Below are positions 1-7,307 of a stretch of DNA of 48,809 nucleotides, piece by piece (the first letter of the stretch is position 1; each line of letters opens with the position of its first letter). The notes under the pieces were generated by a model. The model was not told the DNA's origin. It was given only the letters and a program-made list of their open reading frames with translations, and did no database searches. This stretch comes from a virus, in the IMG/VR virus record IMGVR_UViG_3300037466_001923; one strand, given 5' to 3'. The position numbers were made by a program, and so were the translations under genes.

Positions 1-127
1 CACCGTGATCGACAGCTCGGCCGCACGTTGCGTGAAAGGCGCCTTCATCTCAGCCCGATGGTCCAACCAGTCCTGCCAGGATTTCTCTGGCATCCAGTCC
101 GGAAGGTCGACACTCACCTTGGCGCGC
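1..127. repeat. Terminal overlap: bases 1-127 identical to 48683-48809 (circular contig closure)
   Basis: Compared both ends base by base: 127/127 identical. A minus-strand ORF stays in frame across the junction. Confidence 0.95.
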
Positions 128-585
128 TTCGCGCGCGGTTGTGTTCCCTTCTGTTCTTCTTTTGTTCCTTCTGTTACGTGTCCCGTTTTTGGGACTCTTT
201 CCGTCCGTTTTTGGGACCCTTTGCCGCCGTTTTCGGTACCCTTTCTGTCCGTTTTCGGAACTGTTCCGTTTTCGGAACCCTTCCGTTTTTGGGACCCTTC
301 GGACGGGTTATCCACAGCTTCAAGGTGCAGCTGGTAGACGACGATCTGGCCCGTCTTGCCGGTCCGCTCGCCCGCATCGGAGATCAAACCCATCTCTTCC
401 AGCTTCTGGATCGACGCGATCACCGTCTTGCGGTCCAGCTCAGATGCCTCGACCAGATAGGCCATGGACGTGTAGCAACGGTGCGCAGGCGCGCTTGCAC
501 AGTTCGCCATGAGGGTGAGCACGTGTTTCGTCGACGAACGCCCTACGCGCTGTTTCAGAGCCCATGAAATTGCCTCGACGCTCAT
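1..585 (-). CDS. Replication initiator, 5' part (N-terminal wHTH domain plus iteron-encoded linker). The gene wraps the junction and continues at 48275..48682.
   Basis: ATG at 585 forms an ATGA overlap with the stop of 582..950. My translation: MSVEAISWALKQRVGRSSTKHVLTLMANCAS...GKTGQIVVYQLHLEAV, then a K/G/T-rich linker, then ...KVSVDLPDWMPEKSW. It is in frame with ORF 48275..48799 (585-117=468). It is absent from the ORF track because it runs off the window edge. Confidence 0.7.
   Translation of the reverse strand, partial: MSVEAISWALKQRVGRSSTKHVLTLMANCASAPAHRCYTSMAYLVEASELDRKTVIASIQKLEEMGLISDAGERTGKTGQIVVYQLHLEAVDNPSEGSQKRKGSENGTVPKTDRKGTENGGKGSQKRTERVPKTGHVTEGTKEEQKGTQPRAKRAKVSVDLPDWMPEKSWQDWLDHRAEMKAPFTQRAAELSITV
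183..295. repeat. Six 13-bp iterons CCGTTTT(T/C)GG(G/T/A)AC: putative phage replication origin inside the initiator gene
   Basis: Copies at 183-195, 205-217, 227-239, 249-261, 266-278 and 283-295. Spacing is 22, 22, 22, 17 and 17 bp. Confidence 0.75.
308..316 (+). promoter_or_regulatory. Perfect DnaA box TTATCCACA adjacent to the iterons
   Basis: Exact 9-mer match read at 308-316, 13 bp from the last iteron. Confidence 0.55.
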
Positions 586-950
586 TCAAGGGCCTCCAGA
601 CACGGCAGCGCCGGCACGCCATAGACCACCTGGCGATACGGAGCCCAATCCCACATGGCGCGGTCAAAGAAGGCGAGCTTCTGCTCGTAGGTGAAGCGGC
701 TGCCCTGATCTAGTTGGTAGTGGCACCAGAAGCAGCCCGGCACCGTCATGGCGTCGTCAGCCTTCAAACCCTTGCCCTTGCCGTGCCGGAGCTGGTTGGA
801 GTGGCAGGGGACGACCGTATCGGCCAGGTTGCGGCACACGCCCGGCATGCGCAGGTAGCACCGTTGGCCGTAGCAAAGCTGGTCAGGGTGCGCGAGCGGG
901 TTGACGCGGATCGTCTTCCCGTTGCAGGTGATAAGAGCCAGCGCAGTCAC
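582..950 (-). CDS. YbcO/DUF1364-type (Ref-like) small nuclease
   Basis: CYLRMPGVCRN...VPCHSNQLRHGKGKGLKADD...GCFWCHYQLD follows the Cys/His pattern of E. coli YbcO-like prophage proteins. ATGA overlap with the next gene. Confidence 0.6.
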   Translation of the reverse strand: MTALALITCNGKTIRVNPLAHPDQLCYGQRCYLRMPGVCRNLADTVVPCHSNQLRHGKGKGLKADDAMTVPGCFWCHYQLDQGSRFTYEQKLAFFDRAMWDWAPYRQVVYGVPALPCLEALE

Positions 951-1666
951 TCGTCGAAGTCCTGAAGCAACTGGGCGCTGATTTGTACCGGCGCCAACCT
1001 AGCAAGATCAAGGATTGTGAAGTCGCGACCCCGGAAAACAGCACCAGTATCGATAAACAGCACATTGCCGAGGCTGGTGAAGCGTTCGACCGGTGTATGG
1101 CCCACGATCACAGCCAGGACGTCGGCTACCTTGTCAGGAAGCCCGCTGTTGATGCGCGTGCGGCTCCATGTGCACAGGGTCAAGAACGCCTCAGCGTTTT
1201 CACCCATCAGACTATCGCGCATCGCGGCCCACCCCGGCGTCGGCACATCCGCATGCACGATCCCGACCAAACCTTCGGTTGTTTCAACCTCGATTGCGGT
1301 AGGCAGGCATTCGAACGCGCTGACGTAGATCGAACGCTCCTCTGGGGTCATGCCGATGAACCACCCGCCCCCATTTTGGGCGTACACGGTGCGATCCATC
1401 TGCCCGGTGTGGTAGGCGCAGGCCATGAGCTCGTGATTGCCAATCACCGGGTGGAACCATGGGCACGACAGCCAATCGGTGGCGAAGTGGGATTCGGGGC
1501 CACGGTCAACGAGGTCGCCTGTGCTGAAAAGCCGGTCGCGCTCGGGGTTGAAGCGCAGGCGGTTAAGGTGCTCCTGCAGCCGGATAAAGCATCCGTGGAT
1601 GTCACCGACGACAAAATCGCGGCCTTTGGTGTTGCGCTCGAAGTGCTGAACGGTTGGCGTGTACAT
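947..1666 (-). CDS. Ser/Thr protein phosphatase (lambda PPase-type metallophosphoesterase)
   Basis: Motifs GDIHGC, GDLVDRGPES and GNHE are present in order. Confidence 0.9.
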   Translation of the reverse strand: MYTPTVQHFERNTKGRDFVVGDIHGCFIRLQEHLNRLRFNPERDRLFSTGDLVDRGPESHFATDWLSCPWFHPVIGNHELMACAYHTGQMDRTVYAQNGGGWFIGMTPEERSIYVSAFECLPTAIEVETTEGLVGIVHADVPTPGWAAMRDSLMGENAEAFLTLCTWSRTRINSGLPDKVADVLAVIVGHTPVERFTSLGNVLFIDTGAVFRGRDFTILDLARLAPVQISAQLLQDFDE

Positions 1667-1679
1667 GGGTGGCCTCCGG

Positions 1680-2525
1680 TCAGGCAGCGAGGCTAAGGCC
1701 CGCCATTGCTTCCTTGGCGGCGTTCAAACCCGGCAGCGCTTCGCCCTCTGCCATGCCCAAGACCCAACGCAGGGCTGCAGCGCGCTCACCCTCGGCGGTT
1801 TCGAGTTCCTTGGCGATCTGTGCGCGGGACTTCATGCGGAACTGCTCACCCATCACGGCTCGCTGCTTGCGAGCACGCTCGTGCGGCCGGGCACCTTCGC
1901 CGGCGGCCACCAGCTCGGCAACCTTGGCGCGCTGTTCGTCAGGCGCCATCTTCGAAAGCTTTTTGGCCTGCGTGACGGTGATCGAGCCCTTCTCGACCGC
2001 CTTCTGCACTACGGACGTGCAATCGAGTAAAGCCAGCGTTGCGCGCACGGTCGCCACGGTGCACGCAAACAACAGCGCGATGTCTTCCTCACCGCGACCC
2101 ATCGACATCGCACGACGCATCTTCTCTGCGCGGCCGAGCGGCGTATCTGCCTGGCGGGCCTCGTTCTCGCTGATGATTGCCTCCAGCGCATCCCGGCGAG
2201 CACCCTTGTGCACGACAGCCGGGACATGGAGGGCGGGAACTCCGCGGGAAACACGCCATTCATTCGCCTGGCGGGCGGCTTTCACGCGCTGGCGGCCTGC
2301 AACAACTTCAGTCAAACCCGTTTCGGGGTTCTTCTGGACGAGAACTGGCTCCAAAACGCCCTGGTGGTCAATGTTGCGTGCCAATGCCTCGTTGACTGGC
2401 AAGTGCACACGCTCGTCGTACAACGGCGAATTCGGATCGGTCACCAGCGTCAGTGATGCCGGATCGAAGAAAAGCAAATTCGTTTTTCCGGCCGCGCCGT
2501 AGGCGTCGATGGAGTTCTTTGCCAT
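1680..2525 (-). CDS. ParB/Srx N-terminal-domain protein
   Basis: VVAGRQRVKAARQ (ParB GxRRxxA-like box) followed by an HTH-like segment IALLFACTVATVRATLALL. Confidence 0.7.
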   Translation of the reverse strand: MAKNSIDAYGAAGKTNLLFFDPASLTLVTDPNSPLYDERVHLPVNEALARNIDHQGVLEPVLVQKNPETGLTEVVAGRQRVKAARQANEWRVSRGVPALHVPAVVHKGARRDALEAIISENEARQADTPLGRAEKMRRAMSMGRGEEDIALLFACTVATVRATLALLDCTSVVQKAVEKGSITVTQAKKLSKMAPDEQRAKVAELVAAGEGARPHERARKQRAVMGEQFRMKSRAQIAKELETAEGERAAALRWVLGMAEGEALPGLNAAKEAMAGLSLAA

Positions 2526-2580
2526 GCGTGTTCTCCTATCGGCGTCACGTGGCGCCGAAGTCTTTGGAATCTGGGGATGC

Positions 2581-2871
2581 TTACTGCTGAGGCTTCACCG
2601 GCAGGCCGAGCAACTCTTGTGGCTTGCGGGTGGCGGGAGAAATGCGTGCCGAGCGCACTTCGAGAGCGCCCTTTTCGAGGAGCGCTTTGACGCGACCGCA
2701 GACACCGTTGATCGCCATGCCGGTCTTGGCAGCGATGTCTTGGCGGGTGAGCAAGACGTCAGGCCGACCGCCGAAGGCAGCGAGCACCTGTTTCTCTTTC
2801 GGCTGGATCTGGCCGTCCATCTGCAGCGCGCGGTAGGCGCTCAGGCTCGTTTCGGTGACTGACGTCCGCAT
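2581..2871 (-). CDS. Small winged-helix DNA-binding protein (hypothetical)
   Basis: LTRQDIAAKTGMAINGVCGRVKALLEKGALEV resembles a MarR-type wHTH. Confidence 0.45.
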   Translation of the reverse strand: MRTSVTETSLSAYRALQMDGQIQPKEKQVLAAFGGRPDVLLTRQDIAAKTGMAINGVCGRVKALLEKGALEVRSARISPATRKPQELLGLPVKPQQ

Positions 2872-2885
2872 GGTTCTCTCGCCCC

Positions 2886-3062
2886 TTACGCCAACGCTGG
2901 CGCTTCGGTTTCAACGCACTGTCCGGGTTGGTATCCGGACATCCATTCATTGCGCGCCTCTGTTCCCTCTTCGTAGGGGCAGCTCGTGATCGGCCTGCCC
3001 TCTTCGCGGGCCTGTGCGCCCTGCTCTCGCACAACCCGCTTGCTCTGCACCTCGTACGGCAT
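2886..3062 (-). CDS. Ribosome-modulation-factor (Rmf)-like small protein
   Basis: GAQAREEGRPITSCPYEEGTEARNEWMSGY matches the Rmf pattern G..A...GR....CPY.....R..W..G(W/Y). Start moved to Met6, which has a GGGAGA SD 7 nt upstream. Confidence 0.5.
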   Translation of the reverse strand: MPYEVQSKRVVREQGAQAREEGRPITSCPYEEGTEARNEWMSGYQPGQCVETEAPALA

Positions 3063-3077
3063 CGAGCACTCTCCCAA

Positions 3078-3266
3078 TCAATGCTTCACGGCCTGCTCGC
3101 TTTGCAGTTCCAGCAGGCCCACCCGTTTCAGGGCTTCCCTCAATGTCTCGTCGGCGCCTGCCTGCTTGTTCAGGTCTTCCGCTGCCAACGCCTTGTCGTC
3201 TCCGTTTCTTGTGAGCGCTTCATCTGCCGCCTTAATACCGACGGCCAGCGCCTCGGCATCGTTCAT
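3078..3266 (-). CDS. Hypothetical protein, 62 aa
   Basis: ORF in operon context, overlapping the upstream gene by 4 nt. Confidence 0.4.
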   Translation of the reverse strand: MNDAEALAVGIKAADEALTRNGDDKALAAEDLNKQAGADETLREALKRVGLLELQSEQAVKH

Positions 3267-3673
3267 GCATTCCTCGCAGCGAGTACCGCTTCCATGAGAG
3301 TCATCTGGGCACGCCAGACGAGAAATTGGGTCAACACGTGGTTACCCAGAACGCGCTCCACCTCGTCGATCTTCTCGGCGGGCAGCGAGCGGCGCGCGTT
3401 GCCTTTCGAGTTCACGGGCTCCGGGTGGAAGTAGTCCGAGACGTGCTGGTGCTGAAGGTCGGCCAGCGCCGCCAGCATTTGCAGCTTCAGCCCAGGCAGC
3501 ACGCGGTGCTTCCACGCCAGCGCGCATGCCTCGCGAAAGGTTTGGCACTTGGCGATCTCGTCATCCGGCAAGAACCGGCGTTTGGGCTCCCCTTGGGCCG
3601 CAGGGGGCACTGCAAACCCTGCGTGGGAGCGCCCCGAGGGCAATTCATTCATCTGCATCGCGTGTTTCCTCAT
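3263..3673 (-). CDS. Hypothetical protein in the cII position (first gene after the cro-proximal terminator)
   Basis: 136-aa ORF. An AGGAA SD favours Met6 (3658) as the start. No family recognised. Confidence 0.5.
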   Translation of the reverse strand: MRKHAMQMNELPSGRSHAGFAVPPAAQGEPKRRFLPDDEIAKCQTFREACALAWKHRVLPGLKLQMLAALADLQHQHVSDYFHPEPVNSKGNARRSLPAEKIDEVERVLGNHVLTQFLVWRAQMTLMEAVLAARNA

Positions 3674-3721
3674 TGGGAAATTTCATCGGTTCCACGGTCG
3701 CATCCACAGTCGATCGTGGAT

Positions 3722-3751
3722 TCAAATAAAGGGCATCGAAACCCGATGCCC
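3722..3751 (-). terminator. Rho-independent terminator downstream of cro (tR1-like)
   Basis: GGGCATCG/CGATGCCC 8-bp stem at 3731-3751, followed on the minus strand by TTTATTT. Confidence 0.6.
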
Positions 3752-3773
3752 TGCAATCCCACTGATGTCACCC

Positions 3774-4073
3774 CTATTTCCTCGCACCCTTGCCGCGCTG
3801 ACGACCGTTCGGGACTTGGACGTCATCGATCGACTTGATGCGATCGACGCCCTCAACGAGATCCGGCCAAACCCGCGAGAGCAGTTCCGCGGGAAACATG
3901 TCCTTCCGCGTAACCAATCCGCCTGTGGCATCCTCAATCGGAATTCCGAAAGGAACGGGGACGGGGCGCTCACCGCTGGCCCATCGACTAACATCAGCAG
4001 CATGTGCACCAATCGCCCTGCTGAGCGAGGCAAGCCGTCCGCGTTTTTGGGAGAGGTAGGTCTTCAGGTCCAT
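3774..4073 (-). CDS. cro: Cro/YdaS-type HTH regulator
   Basis: MDLKTYLSQKRGRLASLSRAIGAHAADVSRWASGERPVP. Start set at ATG 4073, because the longer ORF start (4121) lies upstream of the predicted promoter. Confidence 0.75.
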   Translation of the reverse strand: MDLKTYLSQKRGRLASLSRAIGAHAADVSRWASGERPVPVPFGIPIEDATGGLVTRKDMFPAELLSRVWPDLVEGVDRIKSIDDVQVPNGRQRGKGARK

Positions 4074-4079
4074 GCGCAC

Positions 4080-4108
4080 ACTATAGCGATGCGCTAAACA
4101 TAAAGCAA
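4080..4108 (-). promoter_or_regulatory. PR-like promoter TTGCTT-17-TATAGT reading into cro
   Basis: -35 at 4108-4103 and -10 at 4085-4080 on the minus strand. Only 6 nt separate the -10 from the cro ATG. Confidence 0.6.
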
Positions 4109-4145
4109 TAGCGAATCGCACATTCCATTGTTTAGCGATTTGCTA
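4084..4145. promoter_or_regulatory. Three 13-bp operator-like sites TAGCG-N3-CGCTA between cro and cI
   Basis: 4084-4096 TAGCGatgCGCTA (perfect), 4109-4121 TAGCGaatCGCAC, 4133-4145 TAGCGattTGCTA. Centres are 25 and 24 bp apart. Confidence 0.6.
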
Positions 4146-4158
4146 TGGAATCGCGCGC

Positions 4159-4998
4159 ATGAAAACCATCGACGAAATCCGACTGGACAACCTGCTGCTG
4201 GCGATCAGCCGCGCAGGCACCGCAACGGCGCTGGCCGAGAAGTCAGGGCTTTCCGCCGCCTACCTAAGCCAGATCAAGAACCGGCAGCCAGACAGTAAGA
4301 CTGGAAACCCGAAGAACATGGGGGACGATGCGGCGCGGAAAATTGAGGCCGGCATTGGCGAAAAGCGTGGTTGGATGGATGTGGACCATTCCACGACAAC
4401 CTTGCTGATTCCTGTCAAGGCAAAAGATTATTCAGATCAGATTGAAACCAGCCTTAATGAGCTTCCTCAGGCGCCCTTTTACAATCCTCAACAAACACCC
4501 ACAAGAACGCTTACAGGCGTCAAGGTGCGTCCGATTGTTACTTACGAGGACCTGGAAGAACTCCCCAAGGAGTCTACGGTTCTCATCACGAGGATTGACG
4601 TGGAGCTGTCTGCGGGGAACGGGAGGGAGACCTGGCATATTGAGGAGAAGGAGCCGCTGCCATTTCAAGCGGACTACATCCGGACCCTCGATGCCAAGCC
4701 TAAGAACTTAGTCGCCGTGAAGGTCAACGGTGACAGCATGGAGACGCGGCTGTTCGACAAGGACACGGTGGTAGTAGACACCGCCGACACGCGTGTACCA
4801 GCCAATGGCGGTGTATTTGCCCTGGTCTATGCAGGGGAGCTGCTGGTCAAGCGCTTATTTAGGTTGCCGGACGGAAGCTTGAAGATCGTCAGCGACAACG
4901 CGGCTCGCTACGAACCCGTGAATGTTGGGCCGGAGCAAATTGACCATGTGAGCATCATCGGCAGAGTGAAATACCGTTCTGGGACTGGCGATTTCTGA
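4159..4998 (+). CDS. cI: CI-type repressor: N-terminal HTH plus C-terminal S24 (LexA-like) autopeptidase
   Basis: HTH TALAEKSGLSAAYLSQIKN. The S24 part has VNGDSMETRLF (Ser nucleophile) and LLVKRLF (Lys). Confidence 0.9.
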   Translation: MKTIDEIRLDNLLLAISRAGTATALAEKSGLSAAYLSQIKNRQPDSKTGNPKNMGDDAARKIEAGIGEKRGWMDVDHSTTTLLIPVKAKDYSDQIETSLNELPQAPFYNPQQTPTRTLTGVKVRPIVTYEDLEELPKESTVLITRIDVELSAGNGRETWHIEEKEPLPFQADYIRTLDAKPKNLVAVKVNGDSMETRLFDKDTVVVDTADTRVPANGGVFALVYAGELLVKRLFRLPDGSLKIVSDNAARYEPVNVGPEQIDHVSIIGRVKYRSGTGDF

Positions 4999-5075
4999 CC
5001 GGGTGTGCCGCCGATCAGTGCCTAGAGGATGGTGTACGGGCATCAAGAACCAAGACAAAAACGACAAGCAAAAAA

Positions 5076-5372
5076 ATGAACCCGCGTTACCGTGTACCCC
5101 CGCCCGAGCCTGCCATTAAGCATCCGTCCCCTTGGCGAGCAGTTGCAGCGTTCACCGGCCATGCGTTGGCTGGGGCAGCAATCTTCGTGATCGTTGCACT
5201 GCTGGCCTTCGGTTTAGGAAAATTCGTACACCTCCTAGAAGAGAACGGTGCAACGTCAACCCTAGTCATGTGCCTGACCACGTTGGAGTACGCGCTGTTC
5301 TTCGCGGATGCTTTGTGCGTGCTATTCTTCCTTATCAACGCGATCAGGGCGGCTTACTTGGAGATGCAATGA
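5076..5372 (+). CDS. Two-TM membrane protein in the rexA/B position
   Basis: Hydrophobic spans ALAGAAIFVIVALLAFGL and YALFFADALCVLFFLINAI. Lies directly downstream of cI. Confidence 0.6.
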   Translation: MNPRYRVPPPEPAIKHPSPWRAVAAFTGHALAGAAIFVIVALLAFGLGKFVHLLEENGATSTLVMCLTTLEYALFFADALCVLFFLINAIRAAYLEMQ

Positions 5373-5596
5373 TGAACTCCACCTGGAAGATCTTCGTCGA
5401 TGCGGCAAAAGAAACTCCAAAGCTGTATTTCGCTCCTCTGCGCGCCATAGCGAAAAGCCTCGGCCAAGTGCAAACGGAAATGCGGCAGGGACGCGGCACC
5501 GTCGTTACGGTGGCCAAGTCGCGTGCGACCAACGCAGCGAAGCGCAAGGCGATGAAGATCGCTCTCAAGAAAGCAGGCTTCAGGAAGCAGAAATAG
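5369..5596 (+). CDS. Small basic protein (75 aa), translationally coupled to 5076..5372
   Basis: ATGA overlap at 5369-5372. MMNSTWKIFVDAAKETPK...KRKAMKIALKKAGFRKQK. Followed by a strong terminator. Confidence 0.5.
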   Translation: MMNSTWKIFVDAAKETPKLYFAPLRAIAKSLGQVQTEMRQGRGTVVTVAKSRATNAAKRKAMKIALKKAGFRKQK

Positions 5597-5623
5597 GCGC
5601 GCATCGCTCGCGACGAGAAAAAG

Positions 5624-5648
5624 AAACCCGCTTGGCGGGTTTTTTTTC
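5624..5648 (+). terminator. Rho-independent terminator ending the cI operon
   Basis: AAACCCGC-TTG-GCGGGTTT hairpin followed by a T8 run. Confidence 0.8.
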
Positions 5649-5698
5649 GTCCATGTGACGCGTTTTTATACCTTGCCTGGACCCATCGCTATAAAAGC

Positions 5699-5719
5699 TG
5701 GCCCGCCATGGGCTTTTTT
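5699..5719 (+). terminator. Weaker second hairpin plus T6
   Basis: GCCC-gccat-GGGC then TTTTTT. Confidence 0.35.
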
Positions 5720-5744
5720 GTTGCCTGTACGCTACAGACTCGCA

Positions 5745-5813
5745 ACGGCATTCGCTAAAGAAATTTAGCGATCCCCTAAATTTACCTCTTGCACTTTATT
5801 TAGCGCCTCGCTA
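5745..5813. promoter_or_regulatory. OL-like operator cluster with the same TAGCG-N3-CGCTA motif
   Basis: 5801-5813 TAGCGcctCGCTA (perfect), 5766-5778 TAGCGatcCCCTA, and a half-site CGCTA at 5753-5757. Confidence 0.5.
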
Positions 5814-5817
5814 TAGT
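5789..5817 (+). promoter_or_regulatory. PL-like promoter TTGCAC-17-TATAGT
   Basis: -35 at 5789-5794, -10 at 5812-5817. The operator overlaps the spacer and -10 exactly as at PR. Confidence 0.6.
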
Positions 5818-5861
5818 TCGCCCATCGACGCACCACCGGTGCCAACAAGATGGAGGACGCG

Positions 5862-6116
5862 ATGCAAGCAGCCCAAACCCGCGCCAACGCACTGAGCAAC
5901 AAGGCGCCTACCACTTACTGGACGAAACCTTTCCACGGCATCCAGCACCTCGGCACCGGCGACCGCTGGGTGACGGTCGAGGACAAGGGCTGCATCGCTC
6001 AGCTCGTCTGCTGGTTCCCCGGCTGCGGTTTCCGCCCCGATGTCACCACGCACACCGATGCCGAAACGGCTCGCCAAGCTGGCGAAGCGTGGTTCGGTCT
6101 CTTCGGGCACGCCTGA
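5862..6116 (+). CDS. Hypothetical protein, first gene of the PL-type operon
   Basis: ORF 5850..6116. ATG 5862 is preferred because GGAGGA lies 4 nt upstream. Confidence 0.55.
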   Translation: MQAAQTRANALSNKAPTTYWTKPFHGIQHLGTGDRWVTVEDKGCIAQLVCWFPGCGFRPDVTTHTDAETARQAGEAWFGLFGHA

Positions 6117-6119
6117 ACC

Positions 6120-6275
6120 ATGACGAACCAACAGCTCGGCGCCGTCCTTCTTTCGGTGGCAGTAATGGCCATCGCCATCGCCGTGCACACCGCCTGGCGC
6201 ATCAAGCACGACCGCTTCACGGTCGACGAAATGGATCAGAACAACGACCAGCGCTCACAGAAGCACCGCCGCTGA
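6120..6275 (+). CDS. 51-aa single-TM protein (below the ORF-track size cutoff)
   Basis: My translation: MTNQQLGAVLLSVAVMAIAIAVHTAWRIKHDRFTVDEMDQNNDQRSQKHRR. Confidence 0.4.
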   Translation: MTNQQLGAVLLSVAVMAIAIAVHTAWRIKHDRFTVDEMDQNNDQRSQKHRR

Positions 6276-6285
6276 CCAACAGGGG

Positions 6286-6651
6286 ATGACGATCATGACG
6301 CTAACCGACGCGCTAAATGCGGCATTTGGAAAATCCGCAAAGACGCTGGATGTCTCGCACGTGGCCAACTACATGGAAGAAGACGTCGAGCCGTTCGGCC
6401 TCGTTCTGGATGACAACGGCGGGATCTTCGTCTCTTGTGGCGGCGACGTTATTGGCCAATTTTCCACGACGGCCAAGAACACGCGCCTGTGCTTTTGCGT
6501 GATCGTCAACGATGACGCGGGAAAAAAGTGGGACTACGAAAAACAAGAAATGCAGGCCATGTATGAACGCGGCGAAAAAGACCAGATTGACTGGAGCAAA
6601 TGGCATTCAAGTCGCCCGCGCAAGGTGCTCCGCGTCGTTGCAAGCATCTAA
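6286..6651 (+). CDS. Hypothetical protein
   Basis: 121-aa ORF. The start may instead be ATG 6295. Confidence 0.55.
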   Translation: MTIMTLTDALNAAFGKSAKTLDVSHVANYMEEDVEPFGLVLDDNGGIFVSCGGDVIGQFSTTAKNTRLCFCVIVNDDAGKKWDYEKQEMQAMYERGEKDQIDWSKWHSSRPRKVLRVVASI

Positions 6652-6694
6652 CCCCGCCACTGAACACGACATATAAGCCACGAAACAAAACATC

Positions 6695-7075
6695 ATGAAG
6701 AAAACAATCTTTCTGCTTTTCGCTTCGCTCACTGCCCTGTATGGCTGCAGCCGCGATGCAGACGTTGCGTCTCGCAACCTTTCGAATGCCGCTGACAACT
6801 TCGAGATCAATCGCCGGATCGTCTTCTACAACGGCATCACCGGCGACTACATGCTCACGATCGAGGGCCTTTGCTCGAAGGACAACGACAGCACCGACCG
6901 AAAGCTTGTAATCGTCTGCAAGACGGGGCCCTCGACCTACAAAAAGCATTTCCTCGGTCTCTCCGACAACGTCACCTATTTCATTGAGCAGATCGACGGC
7001 GCCAACATCGGCACCTACCGCTACAAGGTGACGTTCAAGCCTTCGTCGATCGTTCCGGACATCGAAATTCGATAA
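6695..7075 (+). CDS. Lipoprotein
   Basis: MKKTIFLLFASLTALYGC: signal peptide with a lipobox-like LYGC. Confidence 0.65.
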   Translation: MKKTIFLLFASLTALYGCSRDADVASRNLSNAADNFEINRRIVFYNGITGDYMLTIEGLCSKDNDSTDRKLVIVCKTGPSTYKKHFLGLSDNVTYFIEQIDGANIGTYRYKVTFKPSSIVPDIEIR

Positions 7076-7089
7076 GAAGCGGAATCAAC

Positions 7090-7305
7090 ATGCACGTGGC
7101 CGAATTCGACATGTCCCGAGTGGTTACGCATTTCATCGAGTGTGACCACTGGCGTGAGTACAACCGCCCGCAAGCGTGGACCGTTGCGCTTTGTGTTGGC
7201 ATGAAGCACACGAGCTATCGCGATCTCTCCAGCACCGCTTACCCCGAGGCTTTCGCCGTCGTCGATGACTTCGGAACCCTCAAAACCGTGACGCCGTGGA
7301 GGTAG
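7090..7305 (+). CDS. Hypothetical protein
   Basis: 71-aa ORF in the operon. Confidence 0.5.
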   Translation: MHVAEFDMSRVVTHFIECDHWREYNRPQAWTVALCVGMKHTSYRDLSSTAYPEAFAVVDDFGTLKTVTPWR

Positions 7306-7307
7306 CC

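Noticed and set aside
1-127. Biological direct terminal repeat or LTR-like element
   Set aside because: The exact length of 127 bp and an ORF reading through the join point to an assembler overlap on a circular contig. Sequence alone cannot fully exclude a true DTR.
183-295. CRISPR-like or tandem satellite repeat
   Set aside because: The repeats are 13 bp with 4-9 bp spacers, lie inside a coding linker next to a DnaA box, and no cas genes are present. This fits an iteron origin, not a CRISPR array.
1680-2525. ParB-like protein as the DpdB partner of the DpdA-like gene
   Set aside because: The DpdA-like gene arrived on an IS 13 kb away, while the ParB-like gene is part of the conserved early operon. 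There is no sequence evidence for a functional link, so I mention it only as a speculative note.
5862-6116. First PL gene as an N-type antiterminator (N-terminus MQAAQTRANAL vs lambda N MDAQTRRRERRAEK)
   Set aside because: The similarity is limited to AQTR, there is no arginine-rich motif, and I found no nut-like boxA/boxB. This is insufficient support.
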